Source: a virus
IMG/VR virus record: IMGVR_UViG_3300021379_000006
Location: 32,001-96,000 of that record
DNA length: 64,000 nt
Strand: one strand, 5' to 3'
This document shows positions 37,401-49,254 of the stretch, in pieces (positions within the stretch are counted from its first letter, which is position 1; each line of letters opens with the position of its first letter). The notes beneath the pieces were generated by a model. That model searched no databases. It was not told the DNA's origin and saw nothing but the letters and a program-made list of their open reading frames with translations. The position numbers were made by a program, and so were the translations under genes.

Positions 37401-40400
37401 ACATATCTCTTACAGCAAGTGGTAAATATTTACCACCTTGAGCTTTGGGTAGTGACCCGCCATATTTTTTATTTGCTCTTGCTTTTCTATAATTATCAAT
37501 AGCGAGCCTGTTCTCTTTAACAAAAGCCGCATCTTCAGGTCCTATTTTTTTTCTAAAGTTTCCTTCTGAAGTCTCATATATGTATTCTCCAGTTTGTTGA
37601 TTTAATATTCTACTATAAATATCCATAGTAGGTACTGGAGTAGCTTTTACAGTTTTAGTTACCTCTTCTTTTACTGGAGTATTTTCTACTACAGGTTTGG
37701 GTTGAGATGTAGGTTTAGTTGGTAAAGGAGCTACTGTTTTAGTTGCAGAAGGTTTAGTACCTGTAAATACAGGTTTTACAGTAGGACGTTCATATTGATA
37801 TACTGTTATAGGATTTCCAGCCTCCCAATTTGCTTCGGGATAATAGTCATAAGCATATACATTACCGTTCCCTCCTATATAATTACCTCTAGTACCTTGA
37901 GCTACTCCTTCACCTACATAATAATCATAATTAGAAAGTACACTCGGTGGAGGAAAAAATGTTACTGAAGATATAGGAGTATTATCTTTGTTAATCAAAA
38001 GATAATCATTAAGACTTAAGGGAATTCTATTTTTCTCTACTATATCAATATCAGAAACTTTATGAATAAATGAAGGAGTCTCCATAACATCTGATGCAAA
38101 TGTACCCGTCATAGGAACAATGTCCCCCCTTTTATAAGATTTCCCGAAGTTAGCATCTGGATTATTAAATACGCTATCGTGCCCTTTACCCCAATCAAGT
38201 ACAGTATTACCTTGACTCGGTAGACCATCAGAATATTCTGTTATATCTTTAGTATAAAGACTTGGATCATCTAATGCTTGAATTACGTCATAAAGATTTT
38301 GAGCACCCACCTGATGTGCCGCCAAACTATCATTAAACATAGCATTACGATATTGATATTCATCCCAATCATCAAAACCTTTTTCACCATGGCTGTACAA
38401 CATATTATTACCGGTCCAGGTACGAGTCCAGGTTGGACCTTTACCGCCGCTCTGAGCTTTAGGTAATTGACCGCCTGTTTTAAATAACTGTATGGTTTCC
38501 CAAATATTTTGTACTGGTATAGCACCATCTCCAGCAACACCTCTTTCATCGTATCCTTTAAAGTGTTTTCTTAAATTGCTGACATAACCATTTTGAATTT
38601 GCTTCAAAATATTTTTAGTTTTATTATCCAAACCTCTAAGCTGAGATATTTGCGCATCCGTAAATGTAGAAGCATTAGGTGGTGCTCCTAAAAGCGGAAG
38701 TTTATTTGCTAATTCATCATATTCAAAATATTCCTTATAAGTTAGATCAGGATATTTTTCTTTAAGTCTAAAGTAATTATCAAACCCAGCACTTACTTTC
38801 TCTGATTGTACTTCTGTAGGAGCTGCATACCATGTTTGATCGTCAAATCTTCCTGGGTTTTTAGATTTTATTGGTTCTTTTAGATTTTTAAAAGTTAGAT
38901 TTGCAGCTTTGTTTCTACGCAAGCCTTTCCAGTTATACGAATTTATTAAGCTTTGTATATCATCACTTTGAGAAAAATCAAAATTTTTATTTGCAAAATA
39001 TGGAGAATAAAAAGGATGCGTATTATAATTATAATCTAAATCAGGATCATATGTGATCATTCTATTCTTCCATCTTATTCCACCAGCAAGTCCTTTACCA
39101 TCATTAGACATTATAGTCTTTTGTGGACCACTATGACCAAATTCATGTGCAATAGTCTCTCCAATTGATTTAGGCTTTCTATAGTAAAAACCATAATTTC
39201 GCATAGTCATAGGACGCTCGCCATCTATAGCCACACCAGCATAAGTACCTCTATCAAAATTTAATGATTCTCGTTGTGCTGGTGTTAAATCAAAATTTCT
39301 TTTTCCAACTCTTGAGTCAGTTAATACAGGCTGTTCCCAAAATGCTTTTTTTGCATCTGGTGTTAATCTACGTTGTATTGGAAAATCAAACCACTTACTT
39401 GCATTATTTAAAAGACCTGGTCTTAAGTTAACACCATCAACGCTCATATAAGCTTTTGCAAAATCATCACCAATACGAGCCATTTCATCTTGTTTTGCTG
39501 CAATAGCTAATCTTTGACTTTTTGTAATAGGAAAAGTCTCAAAAAATGGACGTCCTGATCTAATATCTTTAATCCCTCTTTTTATTCCTGTTTTATAATC
39601 TAGAAGCCATGCATCTCCCAGAGCAGATTGCCTCTGCATCCATTCATCAAAACCCATTCTAGGTTGAGTTGGTCGTGGAACAAGTTGAGTGTTTATCCCA
39701 GATATAAATTGAGTTGGTGGTTTAATATATTTAAGACCAAGAATATCTAATAAACCCGTACCTGCATTAAATGCAGCATCCGCGTATTCTCCTCTTTGAA
39801 TCTGACCTGGTATCTCAGGAGCACGATTTAATGCAAAGTCTGTAGCAAAAGTGCCGCGCAATAAAGTATTTGCAGTTATACCAGGTACTGTTGTTGATCC
39901 TACAGTAAGTGGAGCGTTCAAAAGATTACTTGCTGTAGTGCCCGCTCTTACCATAGTTGGAGTAGCTGCTCTATAGCCAGCAGCAAGACCTCCACCTATA
40001 TTTCCAGCAACTCCTGCAACAGGTATAGTCATGACAGTAGCTAAAACAGGATCAACTATCCTGTGAACTTCATCAGCCATTGTAACTTTATCCTTACCTA
40101 TCCTAGCTTTTCTACGTGCAGCTCTAGTCATAATGGGAGCAGTCCAGCTATCCTTGCTAAAAAACTCACCGTAATTTGGTCCGGTTTGATTAAACCACTC
40201 TTTTTCTTGTTCAGTTAAATCGTTATAGTAAGGATATTTATTATAATCAACTCTACCATCAATTTCAACTGAGGGAAGAGTAATCCAAGGGTTGCCTGTT
40301 TGCGGATCAACATGAACTAAATTACCACTATACTTAGCGGCGTTATACTCACGAGATCCTGGTTCTACAAGTTCTATCTCACCATTACCTTCTTGAGCCA

Positions 40401-40623
40401 TTGGCACTTCAAATACAGCATTACCTGGGAATACATAATCATAACCCGGCATCATCAATTTGGTGTTGCCTAGGTTATCTGTCCCCATAACAGGAAAGTC
40501 TACGCCCTTCATTGTAATATTACCCGAAGGAATAATATTATATGGGTTGTTTACATCTGGAGAGTTTCTTTTGTAACCCTCTGTAGAAAACTTCTTACCT
40601 GTTTTTGTAATGTTCTTTTTCAT
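34450..40623 (-). CDS. Modular virion cargo protein with peptidoglycan-acting domains (2x LysM, L,D-transpeptidase-like, 2x lysozyme-like, zincin)
   Basis: 2057 aa. Lys[15 protein letters not shown] x2 (about 36090-36415); YkuD-like [18 protein letters not shown] (about 35460-35945); [14 protein letters not shown]; GTESNFG..VGYTQ; IAHEFGH. Confidence 0.8.
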   Translation of the reverse strand: MKKNITKTGKKFSTEGYKRNSPDVNNPYNIIPSGNITMKGVDFPVMGTDNLGNTKLMMPGYDYVFPGNAVFEVPMAQEGNGEIELVEPGSREYNAAKYSGNLVHVDPQTGNPWITLPSVEIDGRVDYNKYPYYNDLTEQEKEWFNQTGPNYGEFFSKDSWTAPIMTRAARRKARIGKDKVTMADEVHRIVDPVLATVMTIPVAGVAGNIGGGLAAGYRAATPTMVRAGTTASNLLNAPLTVGSTTVPGITANTLLRGTFATDFALNRAPEIPGQIQRGEYADAAFNAGTGLLDILGLKYIKPPTQFISGINTQLVPRPTQPRMGFDEWMQRQSALGDAWLLDYKTGIKRGIKDIRSGRPFFETFPITKSQRLAIAAKQDEMARIGDDFAKAYMSVDGVNLRPGLLNNASKWFDFPIQRRLTPDAKKAFWEQPVLTDSRVGKRNFDLTPAQRESLNFDRGTYAGVAIDGERPMTMRNYGFYYRKPKSIGETIAHEFGHSGPQKTIMSNDGKGLAGGIRWKNRMITYDPDLDYNYNTHPFYSPYFANKNFDFSQSDDIQSLINSYNWKGLRRNKAANLTFKNLKEPIKSKNPGRFDDQTWYAAPTEVQSEKVSAGFDNYFRLKEKYPDLTYKEYFEYDELANKLPLLGAPPNASTFTDAQISQLRGLDNKTKNILKQIQNGYVSNLRKHFKGYDERGVAGDGAIPVQNIWETIQLFKTGGQLPKAQSGGKGPTWTRTWTGNNMLYSHGEKGFDDWDEYQYRNAMFNDSLAAHQVGAQNLYDVIQALDDPSLYTKDITEYSDGLPSQGNTVLDWGKGHDSVFNNPDANFGKSYKRGDIVPMTGTFASDVMETPSFIHKVSDIDIVEKNRIPLSLNDYLLINKDNTPISSVTFFPPPSVLSNYDYYVGEGVAQGTRGNYIGGNGNVYAYDYYPEANWEAGNPITVYQYERPTVKPVFTGTKPSATKTVAPLPTKPTSQPKPVVENTPVKEEVTKTVKATPVPTMDIYSRILNQQTGEYIYETSEGNFRKKIGPEDAAFVKENRLAIDNYRKARANKKYGGSLPKAQGGKYLPLAVRDMYPKEDPIYYDGMLAETTVTAPRYEGPQMRRAFPGEIDPINTNFEFAGVDKISGLNALRGLTKGVKNMIGPAISAAGLGASALQEQKGGKLPSYQNRGETSWLDYANPMNWGVYTYDDAGTFDQAFAAARKDGKDQFMWYGDRYTTEVAPTPVKKEKPKSNILDLNNTLDYLVQTRGGTRDMWGEAADTVAYHESWHTMNPKMKQAQDGPARGMFQFEGPAFKTFKNRYKTVADSMGLEVDPGILNATSADQLTPEQQYTAFLVNLIQSKAVLKDFADGKMSLEDLWLQGHKNVEKAGDRESFRESTNKLKREGIFNGYRTLQDGGEQYDTYTVKSGDTLGKIAKRYGSTVNDIAALNSISNPNFIKINQKLQVPKIVEQQAAAQETQKESSNDFYRVKSGDTLGKIAKKYGTSVDVLTKLNNISNPNLIIVNQKLQLPSNYIEEKSLKEESWIDIDKLEANRADINSTTDENIIIKAQALQNPNEQYVVIDKKTQRLKLYQGDTPVMDFEVQMGVNPGDAQTTTKAVDKNNDGIITDADKVNGSWQTDWSKGNLSTGAGRYKIASSSPTSDAYYNSAPSFTLMNERGEVVGTALHGAPDYRIPFFDNETLDDNRSSNGCINGKCTDIQALYNMDLPIGTPVYILPEDEGNYFELVDGKAVLRVSADNRQSYLQYTDEKGREQKGQGANYSTNTLTYKPIKANFDESLFRENVFNETGIGDLLTSDTTDEEELTNTTKPFINALVDNKQRIMKVAQISSDTYNQIARMAFGIYGTESNFGDTHSTGGNIMRAAGKAMDSKNASSPDVVSKATTYGASEDFRSVGYTQMRWSYLNDKEKEALAELGITSNMDFLDPEKAAIATATVLGIRYNEQLTTSQKKDMWAYLPTKWNKRDNYASRVKSNARFLTFDQFDRMEQGGEMANNLQIYKDYIDGVYDGTIMQKPASKLYDKINRKYYREAKNAKMSIPNYIMTNVLSKMKDADN

Positions 40624-43600
40624 TATCTAACTGACATATTTAATTTGGTTCCAATAAGCTTTAACAGCATCTTTCTATCTCCAGACTTATTTTTTCTCAA
40701 CAATACTTTATTATAAGCATGTCTAAATTTCTTATGTTGTATTTGTTGTTTATTGTAATTTAAGTTGGCAAGGTTTAAGTCTTTAATATAACCATTTATT
40801 TGTGTAATAAACTGACTTTGCTCTGCATTGCTAAACTCACCTCTATCTTTAGTAATGTCCCAGAATTGATTAAATCTATACTTCTGTTCTTCTTTAGAGT
40901 ATAGTATTCTAATATCATTTGGCCCTACAATAGGATATTGGATCATTGCATACGGATCTTCTTTTGGATTTAGCTCTAACTTAAGTAGACCAGATATTTG
41001 TTCTGAATTATATACGATAGCTTCATCAAAGTTAAAATCAAGATCATGCCATCTGTCATCAGCACAACCATTAATTAAATCTCCTTTGTATACATACGCC
41101 TCTAATTGATATTCTAAGTTTCTAAGAGTTGTTACACTTGCCCCTGTGTTTTCTATAATCTCAACTTCCCATGGATAATCTTTTCCATAGAAGTTGCTAT
41201 ACAAATCACATCTATAATTGTGTCTCCAAATACCTCCTTTATCTGCAGCATCTGCACTTGTCTTAGTAGTAAAGAAATGATTGATGCTACCCATAACTAA
41301 TTCTGGGTGCCAGTCATGGAATGAAATCCATCCTCCAATCTTAGGATCATACGAAACTGTCCAAGAGGCATTTTCAAAATACCGTGGATCACCAATGTCA
41401 ATTTGTACACCTCTGGCTTCTGGATTAGCTCTATACACAAATCCATCATTTTCAAATGATACTGTACCTCTTATTAAATCTTTAAGTTTAAAATCTTTCT
41501 TACTAAAGTATACTATATCAAAATTAGGATCATAAATTGCCTGACAACCAATGCCAATAACTGGATTATCTGAAAGTTTACTTCCTTCTAATTCTGGATA
41601 CTGACGTACTAAAACAGATGGTAAGTATTTATTAAACCATTGCTTCATTCCTTTATTTGCAATGTTTTCTAGCTTCCCTGTGTAGTGGAATATCTTACCC
41701 TGTGCTTGAGAAATATAGAATATACCAGATGGTGTATTTACTACAGCACGTGCACTTTCGGATGAACCATATTCATTAGATGAATCTGAGTTAACAATAT
41801 TTTGGAAAGGTTGACTAAATAGACCACCATCACCTATTGTAAGTTTAGTACCAAGATCAGTTTGAAGTTGATCCACCCCTTGGAACATTTGAGGTGATTG
41901 ATAAGGGAAGAAAACCAAAGCTCCATTCTTGCTAATTGGTTTAATCACATTAACCTTATTCTTGAAGTCTCTATAGTTATTCGGTAGGAATACTCTCCAA
42001 AAATCTTTCTTACCTTCTTCCTGAGCCTGTAAAGAGTATATCAAGCGTTTTGGATATTCTTGGTAACAGTTTTCTGCTATTGTAGGATCATAGTCTCTTG
42101 GTTGTACGCTACCAAATGAAGAAACCTGTGTCACAAATTTAGATATGCTTAGTGACAGATCATACTTGTAGAAGTTTCCTGCATTAATGATATCTGCATG
42201 GAACATATCATCCACATTTGTGTATTCGTATTTATCATAGTGACGCTTATCATTACTATCATCCCAATCTCTTTGAGCCAAGTTGTATTCTGATTCTACA
42301 AAGAAATCTTGAATACCATTGACATGAGTATACATATAGGCATACCTCATTGAAAATAAAGGATTTTTATCATCAATATTCATTGACTGAATACCAATTG
42401 CTGTAGGATAACAAGAACTATTACCTCTATCTAAATAGAATAAATCATTTGGTAATATAGAATTCTGAGGATTATTAAATAATATATTGCTAGCCCCAAG
42501 CGTAGTTATTTGAGTGGCTAACTCTGTCATATCAAATCTTCTAGTATCCATCCAATATCTAGGATATGGTATGTTTATATTTTGCAAATAATCAAAAACA
42601 TATTCATCTGGTTGACCATTTAAGAAACGGGTGAATATTGGCATCACAGTTTTCTCTGTATACCTATTAATATAAGTATCACCAGCAAATATTGAACTAG
42701 AAGTAAATGTTGTATTTGGTGTGGTTGGAGAAACAAACTCAACACAACCTCTCATCTGAACTTGCTTTATACCATCAAGTTGGCCATATTGATTTTCAAA
42801 CTCAAACTTAAGTGCACCATACAATGCAGAAATAGGTTTTACTTGCTGTTGTTCTGGTCTTAATAAATATTTATTACCAAAACTACCACCAGCATCACCA
42901 CCAATTGTATATCTAGATTTATCTATGACAGATGGATTGTCTAATTCTTCTTCTGTTCTTAATGCAACAGTCATTGGCCTAAACAAGTTATTAATCTTGT
43001 AGTCTTCAAACTGTTGAAAAGCGCTGCCTATATAGTTAGAATTTAAATTCTTTGTTCTGAATAATTGAGAAGATAATCTCTTTTTATAGTTCTGATAAAA
43101 ACCATGCGAGTTATGCTTAAATGCAAAGTTCTCCTCATCTACAAGATTATATATAAGGTCAACAATTTCATTACCACCTTGTATAATGTTGTATCTGGCT
43201 ATCATAAGACCAAAGATACCTTGTATAAACTTTGGTAAAGCTCCAGTAGGATCTTCAATACTATATCTTGTCATTAATTTACCAGAATCAATACCAGGAG
43301 AACTTTTTGCTATAATTCTATTTGCTCTTTGACCCGCCTCCATGTTTGCCCTAGTGCTAGCATTTCCAACAAGAAGATCACCTAAAGCAGCTGCATCATC
43401 AAGCAAAAAGTTTTGTATAAGATTCCAGATACTACCACCAGCAAATGCAGCACCTATGGTACCACCAAAACCAGCGATACCTGCCAGCGAACTATACAGC
43501 GTTGCCCATGTACCACCGGTAAGATGTGGAACGCTTGAACCAACACCTGTACCCAATGCACCACCTTCAGCATAATTTTCAGCAACAAGATTCATATTAA

Positions 43601-45719
43601 CACTTGTTCCTGTAAGTTCATTAGATTCATTACCTCTAATTCTAGATATAGCATATCCAACACCAATAATGCTAGAAATAAAAGCAGTAAAGTTTCTTAG
43701 TAGTTTATGCTTAGGATGATTTTCTGATTCAATAAAATGCCCTAAAGATTGACCATCAAGTTCACCATATATTCTAGTTTCATATGCATTTAAGAATGGT
43801 CTTCTAAACATTAATTCAGGAGAATGGAATGTAAAATAATCTTTTGTGTATCCTCTCAGTGGTTCAAAATCATTAAGTGATTGTGTAAAAGTATCACAAC
43901 CATCTGTTCTATGTGTATCTGGATCTGCTTCTCCGTCATGGAAGTATACATCCGCTCTAAGATCATTGTAAGGATAGTTTGGATATAAACCTTTATCATT
44001 ACCTAAAGTCTGACCACCATCTGGTATATCATAAACACGCATGTTTCTAAATATACCTTTAGCAAGAATAGACTTATGACCTTCCCTTGATCCTCTCAAT
44101 ATTTCGTATCCTACAATATTTTCAATAAGATTTCCATCATTGTCTACAGGTGGTTTAATATCATAAAATTCAACACCTAGTATTCTAATTTTAGAACCAT
44201 TATCTGCAGAAATTTCTAATTGAGATCCAACTTCTTCTGTTGGCATCTTATGATGTCTAATATATTTACCACAAAGATTACCCCATATTTCAGGTTCTGT
44301 TGCTGGATATTTTTCTGTTGATTGCCAATAAGCCATCTCACCTTTTGCAATAATTGTCCCTCCATCTCCAGTTGGTATATTTAAACCAAGCTGTGTAATA
44401 GATGCTGTATTATATACTTGGAAATTTTGCTCATCTGAGCTTAATGCATTATCACTAAGATTTGTTGCTGTTTCGTTTATGACATTACCCCATGGAGTTA
44501 TACCATTTGTTTTAGGTGGTCTACCCGGAATATGATATGAACTAGATCTTTCACCTGTATTATATATCCATCTAATAAAAAATGCATACTGTTCATCACG
44601 CATGAATCCTGTTTTATTACCACCTTTATAGTAGTATTCAGAATCGTACTCTGCAACAACCCATCTAGATCTTATTTGATTGGCTAGAGGTTGATAGTTA
44701 AAATCAAATTGTTCAACCGGTCCTTGTCTAATTAAGTAATCATTCACAACATACATTGCTTCAGACTTCTCATAAGCAGGAGATCTTAATGGTAAAACAT
44801 TTAGTGGCACACTGGTCAAAGATTGATCTATGTAATCAATTTCAATATCAGATTGCTCTGTACTGTATAAACCTATTTTTTTGGCTACTTGTTGTTCTTG
44901 ATTGTTACTTAAGATTACTAGCTCGTAGTATTCAAACTCTTTATCAAGATTACTAAGAGTTATTCTTAAAGAACCAGAAGTACCATTATGATCAAATAAT
45001 GACTGAACATTAGAAATACCAATATAGTCTGTGACTTTTTGCTCATTGACTGTATATGCAATAAAGGCTTGGTAAGAACCATTTCTCAATTGACCACCAC
45101 TTTCAGATTTTGCTAGCGTAACACAAGGTGTATCTAATAACGGAGCAAGTCTTAATTTCTCACAATCTAATTCGTTAGTGTCTTCATATATAATACAGTC
45201 ATCACCACGGTCAGATACAATAATTTGCTTCCACGGAACATTATCAATATTCATTGTTCTTGATGGGTTGTGACCATCATCCCAATATATTTGCCAAGTA
45301 CAATCAAAATTTTCTTTTGCTGCACCTGTAATAAGGTGTTTTCTGTTAAAGCCTAGACAAGGATCATTTACTAAAGTTGTATACTCACACTTACTATCAT
45401 CAAATAAACCAATCTCAGAATTAGTGTCATCTGTACTATAAATAACCCACTGGTCTCCATATCTATGTATTGCTCCTATAATTGTGTATGGAGCAGATGC
45501 ACACAATAGATTTCCTGGTTCATTTCCTATGGTTGCTAAATCACCATCAACTGAATTATTAATGGCATTGCGGGCGTGAAACCAATTTTCTTTTGTATGA
45601 AGAGAGGCATTAGTATCCTTTACCATCCCTTTAATAAACATTCTTACATCAGTTGATGAAGTGTTTTGAAAGCGTGGTTGTTTTGATTTTCGTGACGTAG
45701 CTCTTCTTTTCTTTGCCAT
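40623..45719 (-). CDS. Tail stabilization/muzzle protein (P22 gp10-like, crAss Tstab)
   Basis: 1698 aa, beta-rich. Motifs [46 protein letters not shown]. Lies immediately downstream of the tail tubular genes. Confidence 0.75.
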   Translation of the reverse strand: MAKKRRATSRKSKQPRFQNTSSTDVRMFIKGMVKDTNASLHTKENWFHARNAINNSVDGDLATIGNEPGNLLCASAPYTIIGAIHRYGDQWVIYSTDDTNSEIGLFDDSKCEYTTLVNDPCLGFNRKHLITGAAKENFDCTWQIYWDDGHNPSRTMNIDNVPWKQIIVSDRGDDCIIYEDTNELDCEKLRLAPLLDTPCVTLAKSESGGQLRNGSYQAFIAYTVNEQKVTDYIGISNVQSLFDHNGTSGSLRITLSNLDKEFEYYELVILSNNQEQQVAKKIGLYSTEQSDIEIDYIDQSLTSVPLNVLPLRSPAYEKSEAMYVVNDYLIRQGPVEQFDFNYQPLANQIRSRWVVAEYDSEYYYKGGNKTGFMRDEQYAFFIRWIYNTGERSSSYHIPGRPPKTNGITPWGNVINETATNLSDNALSSDEQNFQVYNTASITQLGLNIPTGDGGTIIAKGEMAYWQSTEKYPATEPEIWGNLCGKYIRHHKMPTEEVGSQLEISADNGSKIRILGVEFYDIKPPVDNDGNLIENIVGYEILRGSREGHKSILAKGIFRNMRVYDIPDGGQTLGNDKGLYPNYPYNDLRADVYFHDGEADPDTHRTDGCDTFTQSLNDFEPLRGYTKDYFTFHSPELMFRRPFLNAYETRIYGELDGQSLGHFIESENHPKHKLLRNFTAFISSIIGVGYAISRIRGNESNELTGTSVNMNLVAENYAEGGALGTGVGSSVPHLTGGTWATLYSSLAGIAGFGGTIGAAFAGGSIWNLIQNFLLDDAAALGDLLVGNASTRANMEAGQRANRIIAKSSPGIDSGKLMTRYSIEDPTGALPKFIQGIFGLMIARYNIIQGGNEIVDLIYNLVDEENFAFKHNSHGFYQNYKKRLSSQLFRTKNLNSNYIGSAFQQFEDYKINNLFRPMTVALRTEEELDNPSVIDKSRYTIGGDAGGSFGNKYLLRPEQQQVKPISALYGALKFEFENQYGQLDGIKQVQMRGCVEFVSPTTPNTTFTSSSIFAGDTYINRYTEKTVMPIFTRFLNGQPDEYVFDYLQNINIPYPRYWMDTRRFDMTELATQITTLGASNILFNNPQNSILPNDLFYLDRGNSSCYPTAIGIQSMNIDDKNPLFSMRYAYMYTHVNGIQDFFVESEYNLAQRDWDDSNDKRHYDKYEYTNVDDMFHADIINAGNFYKYDLSLSISKFVTQVSSFGSVQPRDYDPTIAENCYQEYPKRLIYSLQAQEEGKKDFWRVFLPNNYRDFKNKVNVIKPISKNGALVFFPYQSPQMFQGVDQLQTDLGTKLTIGDGGLFSQPFQNIVNSDSSNEYGSSESARAVVNTPSGIFYISQAQGKIFHYTGKLENIANKGMKQWFNKYLPSVLVRQYPELEGSKLSDNPVIGIGCQAIYDPNFDIVYFSKKDFKLKDLIRGTVSFENDGFVYRANPEARGVQIDIGDPRYFENASWTVSYDPKIGGWISFHDWHPELVMGSINHFFTTKTSADAADKGGIWRHNYRCDLYSNFYGKDYPWEVEIIENTGASVTTLRNLEYQLEAYVYKGDLINGCADDRWHDLDFNFDEAIVYNSEQISGLLKLELNPKEDPYAMIQYPIVGPNDIRILYSKEEQKYRFNQFWDITKDRGEFSNAEQSQFITQINGYIKDLNLANLNYNKQQIQHKKFRHAYNKVLLRKNKSGDRKMLLKLIGTKLNMSVR

Positions 45720-45723
45720 GGTC

Positions 45724-46605
45724 TTATCCTAATGTAGGTCTGCTTTTAAACATATTGTAATACTTGTGGTATTGCGCTTTTCTATTAACTTCCCACATTT
45801 TTCTCAATTCTTCAAAGTCTGGTGTATTGATAAAACTTAATGCATTGTTTCTCGCAGCTCTGAGTCTCTGTTCTATTAATCCCATTTGATTACCAACGGG
45901 CTCTCCAGCAAATAACATATTTTCTAGTATGCGTTGCTTAAGAGCATATTCATAATATTCATTGCAATATGGGTGATCCAATACTAAAAGATTACCTTCA
46001 GTATCTTCCATAGCGCCTTGGTAATTAATATATACTTTACCAGTCTTAAAATTGGTTTTTAGAAATCCATCTTTGATTTCAGCAATCATATCAGACCTAA
46101 CATTCAAGTTAGGACAATCACAAGTTTGATCATTAACGGTTGTAATACGTAATGGAGCAAACGCAGTGTAAGTTCTGTATTCAGAAGATCCTGTTTTTTG
46201 TACAAGCTTATACTCCACATTATCATCACAGTTAGTAAGAACACAAACATTATCACAATTTGGATCTGATTGCAAACCTTTCATACCAGGGTCTGGTACA
46301 TAGTCTACAGATACATCTTCAATGTGAGTGCCAGATGGCATCTTTTGTTCAATAGTATATTCACTGCAGATAAAAGCATAGTTTAAAGAAGCAAAGTCGT
46401 GCGGCAATCTTGCCTTGTTATGTTCTATATCAAGAACAACTTGTTTAGTTCTGTTAATTCTAAGACCTAAATCATAATTAACTCTTGTTGCTACTTTAAT
46501 TAGTTGTGCAGGATCTATCATACCCTCTAGAGCATAACTAGCAAAGTCAATGGAAACATCTTCCATCAAACTGTCAAACGTTCTATATTTATGTGATACT
46601 GCCAT
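45724..46605 (-). CDS. Tail tubular/ring protein (P22 gp4-like)
   Basis: IKDGFLKTNFKTGKVYINYQG..D.EGNLLVLD..EYYEYAL pattern typical of crAss ring proteins; genomic position. Confidence 0.65.
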   Translation of the reverse strand: MAVSHKYRTFDSLMEDVSIDFASYALEGMIDPAQLIKVATRVNYDLGLRINRTKQVVLDIEHNKARLPHDFASLNYAFICSEYTIEQKMPSGTHIEDVSVDYVPDPGMKGLQSDPNCDNVCVLTNCDDNVEYKLVQKTGSSEYRTYTAFAPLRITTVNDQTCDCPNLNVRSDMIAEIKDGFLKTNFKTGKVYINYQGAMEDTEGNLLVLDHPYCNEYYEYALKQRILENMLFAGEPVGNQMGLIEQRLRAARNNALSFINTPDFEELRKMWEVNRKAQYHKYYNMFKSRPTLG

Positions 46606-47276
46606 TATCTATGTATATTAATTTTATTATCAGAATCTTCAGGTGGTATTCTTAAAGCGGTGCCCATAGTAATAAGAACTTGCTGTTCTATTTCAGCAAA
46701 CAATGCTTCTGGAATATTTATCTCTTGTTCATGTCTTACAACACATTGATCTTTGGTTTCACACAACCAATCAGATATATCATCATCAAATACACCTTCT
46801 AGTTTTACAGCGTCCCATTCTAAATCAGGAAAGTATAAGTAACCATTCAAGTACCAGAAGTACTTTTGATTATTGTACCTAAATGACGTTGTTTTAGTAA
46901 GTGATGTGTAAGTACCCGGATGAGTTGCTTTAAGCTCTCTAGAGCCATCTATGGAGCTCACCGTTCTAATTAGAGGCCCCCAATAACCTTGCATCATATT
47001 TGGGAGCTTATGTTTTGTTCTTTTGATTGTACAGCCTGATTTAATTCCTGTACATTCTGCCTCTACTTTGTCTACTTCAATAAGCTCTATGAAAGGTAGA
47101 GTCTTCCATATAGCATTAAACTTCATTAGCTTGTTAGCATTATCTTGTCTTCTGATTAATAGCTGAGCAAACTTTTGAATTAAACTGTAAATATATCTAT
47201 CAGTAACAAAGGCATCTTGTACCTCTGCCTTTACCTGACCCCTGATTCTTGATATTACTGATCCTATGGTTGTCAT
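46605..47276 (-). CDS. Tail ring/tubular protein
   Basis: YFWYLNGYLYFP..V.LEGVF..P..LF..IE pattern; stop and start overlap with the next gene. Confidence 0.6.
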   Translation of the reverse strand: MTTIGSVISRIRGQVKAEVQDAFVTDRYIYSLIQKFAQLLIRRQDNANKLMKFNAIWKTLPFIELIEVDKVEAECTGIKSGCTIKRTKHKLPNMMQGYWGPLIRTVSSIDGSRELKATHPGTYTSLTKTTSFRYNNQKYFWYLNGYLYFPDLEWDAVKLEGVFDDDISDWLCETKDQCVVRHEQEINIPEALFAEIEQQVLITMGTALRIPPEDSDNKINIHR

Positions 47277-47281
47277 GATGT

Positions 47282-47848
47282 TTATGTTTCAAATTCATCA
47301 TAGTCCTTTAGTGTTTTGTTAGTATTATCAGCGTTGGGATCATATAGATGAGAGACTTTCATTTTGTTCTGCATCTTTATGTACTTTGTCCAGTTCTGAG
47401 GATATTCTTTAGCAACCGTTCTCTTAAAATCTCTACATGCTACAAATGACCAAAGCTCTCTGTTTTTGAATCTATACTTTGTAGACCAGTTTGTATAAAA
47501 TATCTTACCTATGTTGCCGTCCGTATCCCAGTTTTTATTTCTTAACACTTTCCCATATTCATTAGACTTTGAGTAATCAATGTTTACATTCTTTGCCGGA
47601 GGGCAGGTTCCTATAAACAAATAACCTAATGAGTCTGGTAACTCTACACCGTCTCTATGTTTTATGACTCCTTCCCACAGTGCCCTATTATATAGTTTTA
47701 TAATCTCTCTTAGCTTATTATTGTCTATATGAGAGTATAGTGGTCTCTTGTCTTTAAATTCCTTAAATGTTTCTTTATTCAGTAAGCCTAACGTTTTTCT
47801 CCTATATCTAGGAGCTTTTAGATCAGGCTTTTTGAAATTACTAATCAT
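47282..47848 (-). CDS. HU/IHF-like DNA-binding protein
   Basis: Basic protein with IIKLYNRALWEGVI..DGVELPDSLGYLFI resembling the HU fold. crAss-like phages carry IHF genes at this position. Confidence 0.55.
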   Translation of the reverse strand: MISNFKKPDLKAPRYRRKTLGLLNKETFKEFKDKRPLYSHIDNNKLREIIKLYNRALWEGVIKHRDGVELPDSLGYLFIGTCPPAKNVNIDYSKSNEYGKVLRNKNWDTDGNIGKIFYTNWSTKYRFKNRELWSFVACRDFKRTVAKEYPQNWTKYIKMQNKMKVSHLYDPNADNTNKTLKDYDEFET

Positions 47849-47907
47849 AGTTTACATTATTAATTTACAAAAAAAACAGCACTTATAAAAGTTTAAATTG
47901 CTGTTCT

Positions 47908-49134
47908 TTAGATTGCCTGATACGTTAGTTCACATACATTACCCATTTCAGAATCTTGTAATTCTATTTTACCTGATCTTCTATTACCAACATATTTATT
48001 GTGATAGTGGTAATAATCAGTTTTACAAAGACTCGGTAAGGTCTTATGAATAAACCCAGTATTCTCAGATGTAGTTATATATTCTACTTTTTTATTGCCA
48101 TGAAAATGGCCAGTAAATAGAGTTCTATTTTTAGTTGTACCCCATAACAAAGGATACTCAGTTGCGTAAACTAAAGGTGTATTTTTTGCAGGTACATCTC
48201 CATGTTCAAAAGCGTTAAAGTTTTTACCCCAAACATGTACTTTTCTTTCTGCATATTCAATATCCCACGTGATGTTTTCATCTTCAATGGACTTAGATAA
48301 TGCATGTGCTAAATGAAATGATGATAATCTATCATGATTACCTGGAATATAAACCACAACAAGTTTGTTACAGAATTGCTTGATATAGTTTATACCCCAA
48401 TGCATAGCATCAAATGCTTGCATATAGGCTTCAGTAGCTGTACTACAATTATCTAATACTGTACCGCTAGTTGTTGTTCCATTAAATGTGTCCATGTTAA
48501 TTAAATCACCACCAACAACAAAGTATAATGTTTCTATATAGTGAGCAGAACTTGCTCTAGGTAAAAGATTCTTTAGAGTATCTTCAAAGTCTTTATCTAT
48601 TGTTTCATTCCCTTCTTTACCAAAGTGAATATCTTGTAGTGACATTATACCACAAACTTCTTGCTTATCTTTCTTAAGAAGCTTTATATCAGTCTTTTGT
48701 ACTTTAAACTTCTTAGGCGTCCAGTTATCTATAAGATCTTTAAGATACTGTTCTTCAGAATTTTTAAGTCTGCTTACAAGTGCAGATACTCTCCAGTGGT
48801 CTCCCATCTGTTTATTCCAATACTGAGAAAGTTTCCAAACGGATGTGTCTATTTTTAATAGATCAATTATTTCTTCAGCTGATTTGGGCTCATGATCAAA
48901 TGTCCCTGAAATCTTTCCTTCTCCTTTGTCAAGGTCAATAGCTTCTGCTATTTCTGCATTCTTAGATGCAATGCCAAAAAATTTGCGTTTGTTTCTATCT
49001 ACCCTTCTTTCAGATAGTATTTGATTTTTTACTTTGATATATTCCTTTTCAGTAATACCAAGTTTTGCAGAACAATATGACGGGTTCTTTTTCCATTTTA
49101 AAGATTCCGCTACTCTTTGTTTAAGATTAGCCAT
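47908..49134 (-). CDS. Calcineurin-like metallophosphoesterase
   Basis: All five motifs present: QDIHFG, GGDLIN, PGNHD, EHGD, TGHFH. Confidence 0.85.
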   Translation of the reverse strand: MANLKQRVAESLKWKKNPSYCSAKLGITEKEYIKVKNQILSERRVDRNKRKFFGIASKNAEIAEAIDLDKGEGKISGTFDHEPKSAEEIIDLLKIDTSVWKLSQYWNKQMGDHWRVSALVSRLKNSEEQYLKDLIDNWTPKKFKVQKTDIKLLKKDKQEVCGIMSLQDIHFGKEGNETIDKDFEDTLKNLLPRASSAHYIETLYFVVGGDLINMDTFNGTTTSGTVLDNCSTATEAYMQAFDAMHWGINYIKQFCNKLVVVYIPGNHDRLSSFHLAHALSKSIEDENITWDIEYAERKVHVWGKNFNAFEHGDVPAKNTPLVYATEYPLLWGTTKNRTLFTGHFHGNKKVEYITTSENTGFIHKTLPSLCKTDYYHYHNKYVGNRRSGKIELQDSEMGNVCELTYQAI

Positions 49135-49155
49135 AATAAAAAATTAAAGGTTTAC

Positions 49156-49163
49156 CAAATCTA
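49156..49163 (-). promoter_or_regulatory. Bacteroidota -7 promoter box TAnnTTTG
   Basis: TAGATTTG 21 nt upstream of the phosphoesterase ATG and downstream of a terminator. Other copies lie at about 52140-52147 (TATATTTG) and 57084-57091 (TAGATTTG). Confidence 0.5.
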
Positions 49164-49180
49164 ATAAAAAAAAATTAAAT

Positions 49181-49210
49181 AAAAAAAGAAGGTCCCCGTA
49201 GGGACCCTCT
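49181..49210 (-). terminator. Rho-independent terminator
   Basis: The minus strand reads AGAGGGTCCC-TACG-GGGACCTTCT-TTTTTT. Confidence 0.85.
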
Positions 49211-49254
49211 CCAACGTCTGTGACAGAAAACCAACAAACTACCACTTCTTGTTG

